Shown here: positions 12,120 through 23,444 of the stretch, in pieces | Layout: each line of letters begins with the position of its first letter | How positions within the stretch are numbered: position 1 is the stretch's first letter | Assembly: GCF_018977255.1 (NCBI RefSeq) | Contig: NW_024704743.1 | Location: 30,692,001 to 30,756,000 of the forward strand | Source: Callorhinchus milii | Lineage: Eukaryota | Reading direction: 5' to 3' | DNA: 64,000 nucleotides | Notes under the pieces: generated by a model | Told to the model about the DNA's origin: nothing | The model's input: only the letters and a program-made list of their open reading frames with translations | Databases searched by the model: none | Translations under genes and position numbers: made by a program

Positions 12120-12240
12120 CTGAGGCTCAGTGAGTAACGGTGTAGCATTATGCCACACAGACCAGGAGGTTTGCAGACTCGATTCCTGGTCTGTCCTGAA
12201 CTTGCTACAAGTTCAGTGCTACAATTGGCCTCATCGCCCC
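12120..12240 (+). mobile_element. AmnSINE2-like SINE 5' part
   Basis: ACAGACCAGGAGG..CGATTCCTGGTCTGT..GCTACAATTGGCCTCA. Confidence 0.65.
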
Positions 12241-12629
12241 TACATAACTGATTGGGGGAATTATTGTTTTGAGATCCCATTTAATTAAATTGAAGGGGGT
12301 CACACCCACACTCTTCGAATTGGCCTGGGAATCAATCCAGAACTACATGGCCCTGACAAAAGAAAAATGGCCTATCCAAACCACCTGTCCTGAACAAAGT
12401 ATATAGATCCACTCTAGAATGCATCTATTTCTTCCCATCTGCAGCATGAGAGGTGGAGGAATATCTGGGAGAAAAATATCTGAAATTGAGGAAATGGGGA
12501 CAGGAGGAAAGATATTCACTATTGTTTCAGTAAATAGTGAACTAATATTTAAAGAGAAGGGATGATTGGGATATCAATGTCCCCCAGGGCTTCTAGCTCC
12601 ATCTTGGGTACAAAACCTGGACTGACCAT

Positions 12630-12690
12630 CACCTTGGGACATCCTCCCAATGTGAAAGGTACTGTATAAATGTACATTTGTATTGTATTG
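12630..12690 (+). mobile_element. L2 family A tail
   Basis: CCTTGGGACATCCTCCCAATGTGAAAGG. Confidence 0.8.
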
Positions 12691-13824
12691 CAAGACTAAT
12701 ATGTCCATTCCAATTGTGCTTCTGCAGCTCTGAAAGAGTTAAACCCCAAATCTGCTAAATATTACCAGATCCCAATCCCTTCCCATCTCAATTCACATAA
12801 TCTCAAGATGTCACAAGCAAATATGAGCTCCAAACTGAATGAACTGATCAGACCTGCAAATCTCAAAAAATATTCATCAATTAACACATTTCAATTAAAC
12901 ACCACTAAGAAAAAGCTCCTTGACAAAACAGCAAATTAGGAAAAAACACAATGGCGCCAGTAACCAGTGAAATAAATGATACATTGCCTCTTAATATGCT
13001 GAGCAAAGAAGGAATCCCAAAACAAATAAAATTGTTATTTTGGAGCCTCACATCTACTTATAGAAAAGTGAATGCAGCAGCAGTTGCCTTACCATTTCGC
13101 AAGCATCACTTATTGCAACCACTTTCCTTTGGTTTGTGACTTGGAAACTAAATTTGCCTGAAGATCTACATTTCATAGCAGCACAATTTAAAGTCCAGCG
13201 AGCTTTAAATAACAGCCCAATTTCAAAAAGAAAAGCCTACAGTTATTGTTTTAAGGTTCCTGAGCCAACAAAGTGAAGTGCTGTCAAAACAGAAAACCTA
13301 TTTTGCACTGAAATGTCCTGCAGGACATTCCTAGTGCAGATTTGGAGAGCAAATCTCACATGATCTTGGTTGACAAGATCATGTGAGAGTTGACACTGTT
13401 AGATTCCTACCCGTTTTTTCTAAATACCTATACAATTCTATACTGCGCTCCCCAAATTTAGAGACTGAATTTTGGTTTAGGACTAAAGGTTTTATCACGT
13501 ATGAATTTGATTATTTGTGCAACTTTTTTTTAAATCACCCTCGTCCATTTTGGGCTGCTCTGCTTATTAAAGAAACTTTGGTAAATAAATGGATAACTAG
13601 CTGTTATTCAAAACGGTGCAAACATAATAGATAAATGCATATTTTTCCTCAACCGTGGGATGAGGAAACTCACACATTCTCTTCACCCCTTCCTGCACCA
13701 GCCACCCGGGTGCCAGAATCTCTCACAAAACCTGAAGAGGAATATGCACAGCAAATTGAACAAATGAAATATATGGAATGGAGTTGTACTTAATTATAAA
13801 CCATGGGCACCAAACTAGCTTACA

Positions 13825-14030
13825 TATTCAGCACCAAAACTGGCCATTTGGCCCAACTAGTCCATGCCCATATTTATACTCCACATGAGCCCTACAACCA
13901 TCTTAATCTCTCTCCAACCGCAACCGCCCCCCCCATTCCCTTCTCCCTTATGCATACATCGAGATTCCTCTTAAATGCATTGATGATTCCTGCTTCAACC
14001 ATGGCTTCTGGCAGTGTCTCCAGTGTCTCA
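13825..14030 (-). mobile_element. CR1 3' end/UTR
   Basis: GGCCATTTGGCCCAACTAGTCCATGCC...TTCCTCTTAAATGCATTGATG...GCTTCAACC. Confidence 0.8.
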
Positions 14031-14730
14031 TCTCTTTTCCATTGAGATCTTATTTTTCTAATGAGAAATTATAATTTAGTGCTACAGTAAACTAGGTTTG
14101 AAATGCATCCTTCAGGAAAGTGGAAGCGATACTGGCACTTCGCCACTGGGAAGAGTGCCTCATGACGTAAACTGTGCCTCCAGCAGGGAAACCCACATAT
14201 ATTACGCCAACTCACGAGACCTTGGCTCCCACACAAGATTGCTTCTGTTTGAAAATTGTTGGCCAGGACACTGGGATTGTTCTCCCAGTGTCTTGGCCAA
14301 CAATCCCCCAGATTAATTGGTCATTCACCTCATTTGTGTGTGTGTGTGTGGCATTGCTGCTACACTTGCCTAAGTAAAACAAGTTATTGCAGAGTAATTA
14401 ACTGGGACGCTCTTTGAGCTGTTTTGACATGAGAAGGGGCTACAAAGTTCTTTCTTACACTAAAAGCCCGATTCCTCTCCATGTCTTAATATGCGTAATA
14501 TCACATTTACGTGCCATGCTGGTATATAAACAAAGCCAACAGTGGATCAAAACCGATATTTTTGCCTAGTTTATACCACTGGAAACAAATGATCATTTCC
14601 AGCCAGAAAGTGATTGAGAGCAAGGTGCCCGGTTTATACTTACAGCTCCAATTGATATTGGCTGAGGTTGAGGAGCATCCAGTGCATGGACAACTCTCAG
14701 CTAACTGGTGCTCCTTTGTCAAAGTTTATG

Positions 14731-15093
14731 GGAGACTGTAGCTCAGTGGTTAAAGCATTGCAAGCAAGATACCTAGATTTGATTCCCAGCAGGGCGAAAC
14801 GTTGGGCTAGTTTCCTTACTCCACACACATCTGTTTACCTCGCAGTAAGTAGGAACCCGGTTGTTAGTCGATTGGCAGATCGCTTTTCCGGAGGTAATAA
14901 TTACTTCAAAACAAAAACAAGTAGGTCACTCAATCCTCGACTGTTTGTAGGACACGGCTGTGCACAATTGGCTGCCGCGTTTCACCCACAAAATATACAG
15001 TCGATTCATTTTACAGTATATTCTGTGAAGTGCTGAGACATCTTGAAGATGTGATAAGGCATTATATCAAATCCAAGGATTATTATTATTATT
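14731..15093 (+). mobile_element. tRNA-derived SINE with CORE-like segment, Deu 3' part and L2-type tail (long form)
   Basis: GTAGCTCAGTGG A-box; TTGGGCTAGTTTCCTTACTCCACAC..CTGTTTACCTCGCAGTAAGTAGG; CAATTGGCTGCCGCGTTT; (ATT)n end. Confidence 0.85.
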
Positions 15094-16499
15094 AAAAAGC
15101 TGGTCATGCAATTGGCTTCTCAACATTACAATTTAATTTGTTTTACGTTTAGAACTTTGAAAGGGACCAGAAATTCACATTAGCTGCAAATCAATTCAAC
15201 AAGTGGTCTCAGCAGCTGAATCCAGAGCAGCTCACTTTAATAAATTAAAACAATAGTCACTGACTACTTAATAGGACTTTAGATAGTGATATGTTTTACA
15301 TGTGTTTAAGACCACATTGCCACATTTATGAGTAACGATGGGGAATCCGATATGTGAGATGCAATGAAACGAAACGTAAATCGGCAATTAAAGAGGTGTG
15401 CGGTATCTTGCACAACACTTTGCCACTTCAGTTATTTTTGTTTTAGGTTTAAAAAGTGAACAAATACTCTCTCATGTTCAGAGACAGCATATGTTGTGCA
15501 GGATGAATAGTGACTATCATGGTGACATTTCAAGTAAGTAGTTCAGGACAGGTTGTTCCTGGATTTGAGGCTTCTCTTAAGCCTGCCCCTTTAATACTAA
15601 TTACATGGTGTGATCACCAGCTTGGTGATAGAAATGATCCCAGCCTGGTGGATTTATGCATTTTTTCTTATTAGGTGTCCTTTCCCTGTTCTTCCCAGTA
15701 AGGACATAAATCAAGTTTCAAAAATATCATTTGATATTGTTCCATGTGCCAATCTTAACAACATCAGGACAATATAGAACTCACTATGTCTGTTGCTGGC
15801 CCAGTGGCTGCATTTTGTTCCAAGTTCAATCTGAGGAAAATCAGACAATTGTATCTGAATGTTTGATCAAGATATCAATCTTGGAATTTAATTGCTGTAC
15901 CTTTTATATACATCTTCTCCATGTTGTTCAACTTAAAAGTGCAAACCTGCACTCTGGGTACATATAGACTCTTGAGGTTCATTCGCAGAACTTATGACCA
16001 TTCATTTCAGACCATCTCGTTAGACCACCCTTTACTTTGCCCGTTGTTGCAATTGATGAGATTCCAATAGCGCACAACATTTCTTACATCAACGCACTGG
16101 GTTTTGCTGTAAGACACTCAGCATGAGCTTAGACAGAACCCCAGGCCTGACCATCGATTGGATCCGGAGACAGTGGGGAGAAAAAAATCAAGAGAAATAT
16201 ACAAAAAAATGTAGTCACTGACCATTTAACAGGTCTCTGGAAAATATATACGTTTTTTACATCTGTTCAAGAGCACAATGCATTATTTATGAATGAAGAA
16301 CAGTGGGGGATCAAGTCTGGAAAGCAACGCTGAGCTGAGATCCACTTTCCAAGACTTCTGAGGGAAATAACAGTTCAGTTAATGCTGTTCCCTGCTTCAT
16401 TTTATTTTCTTGAGAACTCGGGTTTGTTCCCACCTTTAAGGTTAAGTCAGAGTGGTTCATCAATCATAAGAAATGAATTATGTGCCAGGACAGATGTAC

Positions 16500-17040
16500 C
16501 AAACAAACAAACCAAATTTACATTTGTACAGCGCCTTTCACATCAGGAGGACGTCCCAAGGCGCTGGATAATCAGTGTTTCAGACCTGAGCTGAGGGTCG
16601 GGATCGGGAAGGTTGGAGGGCAGGGGTGGAAGGAAGTTGACCAAAGGAACGGTCGAAGAGAAGGGTCTTGAGCAGGAAGGAGGCAAGGGAGGGGGCAAGG
16701 TGGAGGAACTTTGGGATGAAGTTCCAGTGGGTAGAGGCAGAATGGCTGAAGGCCTGTCCAACAATGATGGCGGGCGAGGTGAGGTATGTGAAGCAGGGTG
16801 GAGCCTGCTGAGTGGAGGGAGTGGGTAGGTTGGTAGGGAGGTAGGAGGTCGCAGTGTAAGGGTAGCGAGGCCATGGAGGGCTTTGAAGGTGAGGACCAAG
16901 ATCTTGAACTGTATCTTCCGTGTGATGGGAAGCCAGTGGAGTCAGGCAAGGATGGGGGTGATAGGGTTGAGAGGAGGTACGGGCTGCAGGAGTTCTGGAT
17001 GATCTGCAGCCTATGGAGGGAGGAGTTGGTGAGACCGATA
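16500..17040 (-). mobile_element. L2 LINE ORF2 C-terminus and 3' UTR (family A)
   Basis: ORF 16543..16899 begins VLTFKALHGLA, a typical L2 ORF2 C-terminal motif; family A tail. Confidence 0.9.
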
Positions 17041-17109
17041 CATTTGTGCTAAAGTCACTAATAAATAGACAAATTTGATTACAGAAAGTTTTCAGTGTTG
17101 GGTCGTAAT

Positions 17110-17362
17110 ATACAACAGCACAACAAGATTGCATTTATAGAGCGCCTTTCACGTCGGGAGGACGTCCCAAGGCGCTGGACAGTTGGGTCGGGACCCGAGC
17201 AGGGGGGAAATGGTCAGGGTGAGGCGAGGGAAGGGAGGGAGCGAGGAGGGGAGGGAAGGGAGGGAGCGAGGAGGGGGTAGAGAGTCGAGAGGGGAGTTGA
17301 AGACACGGTTGAAGAGAAAGGTCTTGAGACCGGCCTTGAAGGAGGAAAGGGAGGAGGCAAGG
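17110..17362 (-). mobile_element. L2 family A 3' fragment (young)
   Basis: Near identity to 51120-51340; contains a 25-bp internal duplication. Confidence 0.9.
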
Positions 17363-17654
17363 TAATATACTGACTCACTGGTAACTGGCAGAATGCAACA
17401 CAAAAGTCACTTCACCTTTTGTAGGTCGAAGTTGTAGGAGCAGCTAAAGGCAGCCATATGTTCAGTAAGTAACAGGATTTCTCAAAATGGGTAGGTTTCT
17501 GAGGCTGCAATTTAAACTGGAATGTGCCTGTAGTGGCTCAGTCAGACAAGTCAACTACACAGACCAAAAATGCCTCTGACTGCAGGTAACCATGGGAGGT
17601 GTTTTCCAACTAATATTCTCACCTTCCTGACTAATGACTAATTTTACATAGGCA

Positions 17655-18075
17655 CACCTATGGCTCAGTCAGTCAGGAGCATTCTCAAGTCAAAACATTG
17701 GGCTCACAGCGCTGCATCCGGACTTTGAACTCACAGGCTAGCTTGACACTCCAACACTATACAGCCTTGGGAATGTGCTATATTGTTGAAGGTGCGTCCT
17801 TCAGATGAGACATAAAAATGAGGTCCCGCCTGCTTGTTCAGGTGGACATTAAAGATTGGAAAAGTGAAGGGAATTTCTCCCATTGTCCTAGCCAACAAGC
17901 TCACAGATAAAATTGGGTCATTCACGTCTTGGCTGGTTATGGAGCATTCCTGTGTGCAAACTGCCTGCTGCATTTGCGTACAAATACACAGTAACCACAC
18001 TTTGCAGTAGGTTCTGTGAATTGCTTTGAAACGTCCTCCTGATGTGAAAGAAACTTCATCAAATGCAATGATTCA
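17655..18075 (+). mobile_element. Near full-length DeuSINE
   Basis: TGGCTCAGTC head; TTCAGATGAGACATAAAATGAGG..GTTCAGGTGGAC; tail. Confidence 0.85.
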
Positions 18076-18639
18076 TTTAATTGAAAGAATAGACTTAGGC
18101 CTTTACATTGACCTTTTGTTGCCCTTCCAAGCCAGACAGTGAGATGCGCCAAAAACATTCAGCCAGTGAGGATGGATAGATCAAAACTACCAGCCTCATT
18201 GTTACTCTGACCTCCTCATTTTCATTTAGATCTGGGACTTTAGCTGCATATAATTAAAGATGGACCATTATCTGATACCAAGTAATCCTTATAGTGCATA
18301 ATCAATTTGCCAATAAACATTATGCTTCTATCAAGAATTCTATATATTGTTGGTAAATTGGAAGAGTGGAGTGCATTGTTGCAGTTTGCTTTGATCCGAT
18401 ATGCAATCATTAAGCCTCCCCTGCATCTGGTGTCTGGCCAGCATCAGTGATATCGGGTATTAGTATGGATTAATGGAAGCAAATTGCTTGATTGCCCGAG
18501 AGTAGTCATTGATCCACAGAAAAGCTTGCATTCCCTAAAAGGGCAGAAAAAGTATCAAAAGTAACATCACGTGTGAGTTCTTAATGAGCTCACATACACC
18601 ATGTTCGCAGAACCAATTTAAAAAGGGTCCCATTTACTA

Positions 18640-18775
18640 ATGTCTATAATGAACAGTCTGGCAAACTTAACATCAGGATAGAAAACAGAGAGCTGATAAA
18701 AGTACAAGGCTGCACTCAGCTCTCAATCTGTCCATATTCCAGTATAAAATATGCTGGAGTGTTCATTATAGACAT
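18640..18775. mobile_element. Small inverted-repeat element (MITE-like)
   Basis: Perfect 16-bp inverted repeat ATGTCTATAATGAACA / TGTTCATTATAGACAT plus inner GAGAGCTGA/TCAGCTCTC. Confidence 0.65.
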
Positions 18776-19934
18776 ATTGAAAGATATCACACAATAATTA
18801 TTGTACTTTTCAATACTCACTTTCCCAAATGACATATTCAATTTCCAAAATACATATCAACTTCCATACATACATAGTCAGCAAACTGGTTATCATTAAG
18901 TGTTGTGCCATCGTGCCCACAGCCTCAGTGAGAAAGGTGGGCCTGCTCTGCCCAATATCTCCATAGATACCATCACCGCTATTGTTATTTGACCTACATA
19001 ATGCTTGAGTGACATGAAAAGGGTTCCTCAGTCAGTTTTCTTTTTCCCCGATGTCCTGCCTGAGACTGCCAAACACTCATTCTAGAAGACCAAAGCTGGT
19101 CTAGGATTGAACTTTAGGTCTCCCAGTTGAGAGTCTAATTACTCTAGTGTTATAGCAAGTGGATCACCTGCCCTCCATGATGAATATTTGGCATGGCCTG
19201 AATCGGCCAGTCATCTAACACGTATATCCTGCTTGGATGTTTAGATGACAGATCACATCTCTTTTCATGCTGAGTTCTCAACTTAACGGATTCTGAAGAC
19301 ACAGAGAACGAACAAGAAGAGTTTTTCAACAGACAATGAAAAGGAGGTTGAAAGTGCTGCGAAGGAGCAAATTAATCTGAATGTCTAATTAGCACAGAGA
19401 GATCGGAACTCTTATTACTTGGAAGTTTCACTCACTGTGCAAACAGCCACGGAACTAGAAGCCTGAACAAATTCATCAAGTGTGGCATTTCCGTTGTACT
19501 TTGCTTTTAATGAAATTTCTTAAATGTTACCATAACTGTAGTGTCACACATTAAGATGATAGGATTACCATACCATTAGTCAACGATTGTGTCTAGATAA
19601 GATACCAGGAGATATGATCAGCGCTCTTGGCAAGAGACAGTGTCCCTTTTCTTAGCTTAAATAAAATGAGTTGAATACATTAAAACACAGCTAGGCTTCA
19701 GGATTCATTAATAATAATTATGTAACAAGTTGTCTCTTCTATTCATGGCATTTGCTGTAAACAATGTTTTTTAAAAAAAATTATTTTTCTCCTCCAATTT
19801 TCCACTTACCCTGAAGGTAACGATTTATGATGAGTGCACAGTTCATAGGTAGTGAATAGCTATGTGAACACATCTCTCAATGTGAAAGGCACAATATAAT
19901 CGTAAATCGTTAGAAGGACCTCTGTCAGGAAAAC

Positions 19935-20230
19935 AGAATGAACTTGCATTTTTATAGGGCTTTTATCATTTTCAAACACCCCCAAAATGCCTCACAGGTA
20001 ATTACTATCAAAATGTAGTGACTGTTATTGTAGGTGAATGCGTCAGCCAATTATGCCAGCAAAGTACCACAAACTGCCAGAATGTGATTGGTCAATTATT
20101 CTGAAGGATGGTTGGGAAGCTCACCAGGGGAAACCGCCTTCTCGTTACAAATAATATTACAGGATCTTTAATATCTACCTGAAGAGAAGCAGAACCAACC
20201 TTGGTTGAGTGCCTTATCTGGAAGCCGCAC
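19935..20230 (-). mobile_element. DeuSINE (diverged)
   Basis: TGTAGTGACTGTTATTGTAGG..CAGCCAATT..GGATCTTTAATATCTACCTGAA. Confidence 0.75.
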
Positions 20231-20249
20231 TTTAGACTTCAGCTCTTGG

Positions 20250-20530
20250 TTCAGGTTGACACTCCAGTGCAGTAATGGGGGAGCGCTATATTGTCAGAGG
20301 TATTCTCTTTCAGATGAGATAGTAAACCAAGGTCTCGTCTACCTGGTCAAGTAGACCTGAAAGATTCCATGCAAAGTATTGGAACAGAGAAGGGATTTTC
20401 TCCTGGGGTCCAAGCAACAATCTTCAGATTAACTAGTCAGCTCACTGTCATTTGCCGCACAGCACAAATGGTCATTTACAAAACCAATGACCACACTTCA
20501 TGCTAAACAATGGATACAAAGCATTTGAAA
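20250..20530 (+). mobile_element. DeuSINE (diverged)
   Basis: GACACTCCAGTGCAGTAATG..TTTCAGATGAGATAGTAAACCAAGG. Confidence 0.75.
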
Positions 20531-21109
20531 GCTGCTGGGAATGTAGCTGAACAGGTTTAAAAGCAGAGAGAGAAAGCGTACAGCAAAATAATTTTGGAAG
20601 CATTCAAGCCACGAGCTGTCATGATAGTTCAAAGTTCAGCAATCTGATTGGAGGGATGCCTTACCAGCTGTCTAATAGTTTTTCTTAAATAGCACCTTGA
20701 AGACATAACAGACAACAATTGCTAAAAGAAAATACAGGTCAATATACTTAAGTGATCACTTCAGGTATTGCCCTGTATTTTCAGTGCGGAGCAGCCCCTA
20801 CTAAAAAGTAACTGACATCCTGGTCACAGGTTGCCAACCAATGTCACTTCCTATGTGCTGTGCACTATGCCCAGAAAGTATCGCTAACGTTATGAAGGAA
20901 ATGTCAGGAAAGTGGCAGCAAAATCTGCAGAAATTGCACGCCCAGGAAGTCAGACTTTTTTTTAAAGCAGATTACTGGACCCAGACAAGCATGCAATAAT
21001 GGGATTGCCCTGTAGTTTTGTCTTTAGGGATATTTGCACTTGTATGCCAGATTATATTTTTACATGCATATTACGACTAAATTGGTAAAAGATGGTGCAT
21101 ATCTTTCAC

Positions 21110-21500
21110 TTCTCAAATGCCCTCCTCGATGATCTTCACAGCTCCATTATCCACAAAATCCAATTGATCCCAAACTCTGTCGCCCGCATACTCACTTGCA
21201 CTAAACTCTGTGCCCCATTACATCAGTTCTAGCCAAGCTCCACTGACTCCCTATTACTAAATGGATCATTTTCAATATCACACTTGTCTTCAAATCCCTT
21301 CATGCCCTGGCACTTATCTAACTCTCTGACCTGTTTACTCCTCAACCCAATACCAATGGCCTCCGTCCGACTGGCTCCGGTCTCCTGTTTGTCCCTTGTG
21401 CCCTCCGTTCCACCATTGGTGGTCATGCTTTCAGCCAGTATGCCTCTGACTTACACCATCCTTCCCCATCTTCAGGTCGTACCTGACAATCTTCCTCTCC
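21110..21500 (+). mobile_element. L2 LINE ORF2 3' fragment (older family B)
   Basis: CTAGCCAAGCTCCACTGACTCCC..TTCAAATCCCTTCATGCCCTGGC (LHWLP..FKSLHALA). Confidence 0.8.
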
Positions 21501-23051
21501 AACCGTGCCTCCGGTTTCCTCTCCACGGCAAATTGTGGTTTTCACACTAACTATTCAATTATGCAATCTAATTTGTGGTATTACACAACCAGATTTTTCC
21601 CCATTATAGAATTTCAGTCAAAACACAGGAACTCTGCTCTGAAAGGTTTAAACTGGAGAGCAATTCCTGCCAACACGACATACATGCAATTACTGTTACG
21701 AGTCTCTATTTGCGTGATATGGATTCCTTATTAAGTAATCGCATTAGGAAATTCACTGTGCAGTATCTACACTTGTTCAACTAAGACCACCATACCCATT
21801 ATGTTGTTTGGGTTACAGCATTGAAGACATATTTACTCATCAATGACCAATAATTGAGCCATATAGTGGGGTTGTGTCTTGGACTACTGCAATCCAGCCT
21901 GTCTTTTGCCAAACTGAAAGAGTTCAACACAGTTTCCATCGACAGTTTTTAGGAGATGTTTAGATGGGCTTAAAAAAAAATGGAGACCCGTGTGAACCCA
22001 ACAATACAAAAAACCAAAGATCTTCTGGTCCCAAGTTCAACACTAAACCAACCAAGCTACCCAATAGTTTGACACGCTAATGTAATGTTGAACTATAATG
22101 ATGTCAGCTAATGTAAGACAACCAAACATTCTTAAATCTGATATTGCCATGTGATAGATATTGATGATGATCAATGTATAGTAGCAAAAGAAAACATTGA
22201 TAAACTAATTCAGCTCACAGGTATCACACAAGGCCAATCCAACTCAGTACAATTGGAGAGTAATGTTTCAGCAAGCGGGCTGAAAAACCATCACATTTAC
22301 ACAGTTTAGGTACCAGAAGGAGTCAACACTGATAACAGTACAGAAGTAATTTATTTAATGCAGTCACCCCATGGAAGATATGGTTCCCTTTGTCCAATTC
22401 TACTTGTCAAGTTAACATAATCAAAGGAATACTTCTTTACCAATGAGCTCTTCCTTGGGAATGAGAGAAATGTCATTATGGTAAATGTTCAGCAGTGACA
22501 CTCCAACTATGTCAACTACTGGTACGCTTGTAAAGAGTTGCAACAGAAATTATAAAACGCAACAGCGATCATCATCATTTTCAGGACAGCAGCTCCCAGG
22601 ATGCCATCAAGCCAGTGTACTGCTGACATTACTCACATTACATTCCAGCCAAGATGTCACTTCTGGAAGGCAGAAGTGAAATGATCCCAGCTAAGATCAG
22701 ATAATGTAGCATAGAATGAAATTGTTTGTGGTTTCAACCTTAAGGTTGTTGTCTTAAAATTTGAGATGCTGTAGAATTTTGGAAAATTCTTATATTCGGG
22801 CTTAATTTGGGAGTCAATTTTCCACAGATGCTTAAGAACTGACAATATGGGATTGAAGGCCCAATGTAGGATTTGAACCCACAACCATCTGACTCCAACC
22901 AACTGAGCCATGCTGACACACATTATATATGTATAAAATATAGATATATATATATATACACACACACACATTGCAGCTACGATTGCAACCAAAGGATCCA
23001 ATATAGAATGTAGATTGACACACAAGACAGACACACAGACATTTCATCTTT

Positions 23052-23444
23052 ATCTATACTCATTTGGGAGAATTCCTGTGGGAGGACTCCTTTAGGGAGG
23101 ACTCAGTGGTAGGACTCGGCGCTTTAAGAATATAATTTTGTTGTTGCCACGGCTTAGTTTCATCTGAGTTCTTTACTTTGTTCCCGCCGCTTGGCTACAT
23201 GTGTTCTCTGTGACATAGGATGCCACAGCACCACTCTGACTTGGCAAAACATGTGTAACTGAAAAACGCAAAACTGAAAATAACTCATGAACAAAAAGAG
23301 ATATCTGAAAACAAATGTGACCATGTCGCTCCTAGTTGCAAGACCTTTCCAGTGAGGTATAAATGATGTCTCTACATCAATCGGTTATTGAGATCCTTCT
23401 TGCAGCACAGACAGACATTGTCGTTTTATTATTATATATATAGA
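23052..23444 (-). mobile_element. Putative non-autonomous Helitron/Helentron-like element
   Basis: Minus strand starts TCTATATATATAATAATAAAA..TGTCTGTCTGT; other end ATCTATACT; three GGAGGACTC-like repeats. Confidence 0.45.
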
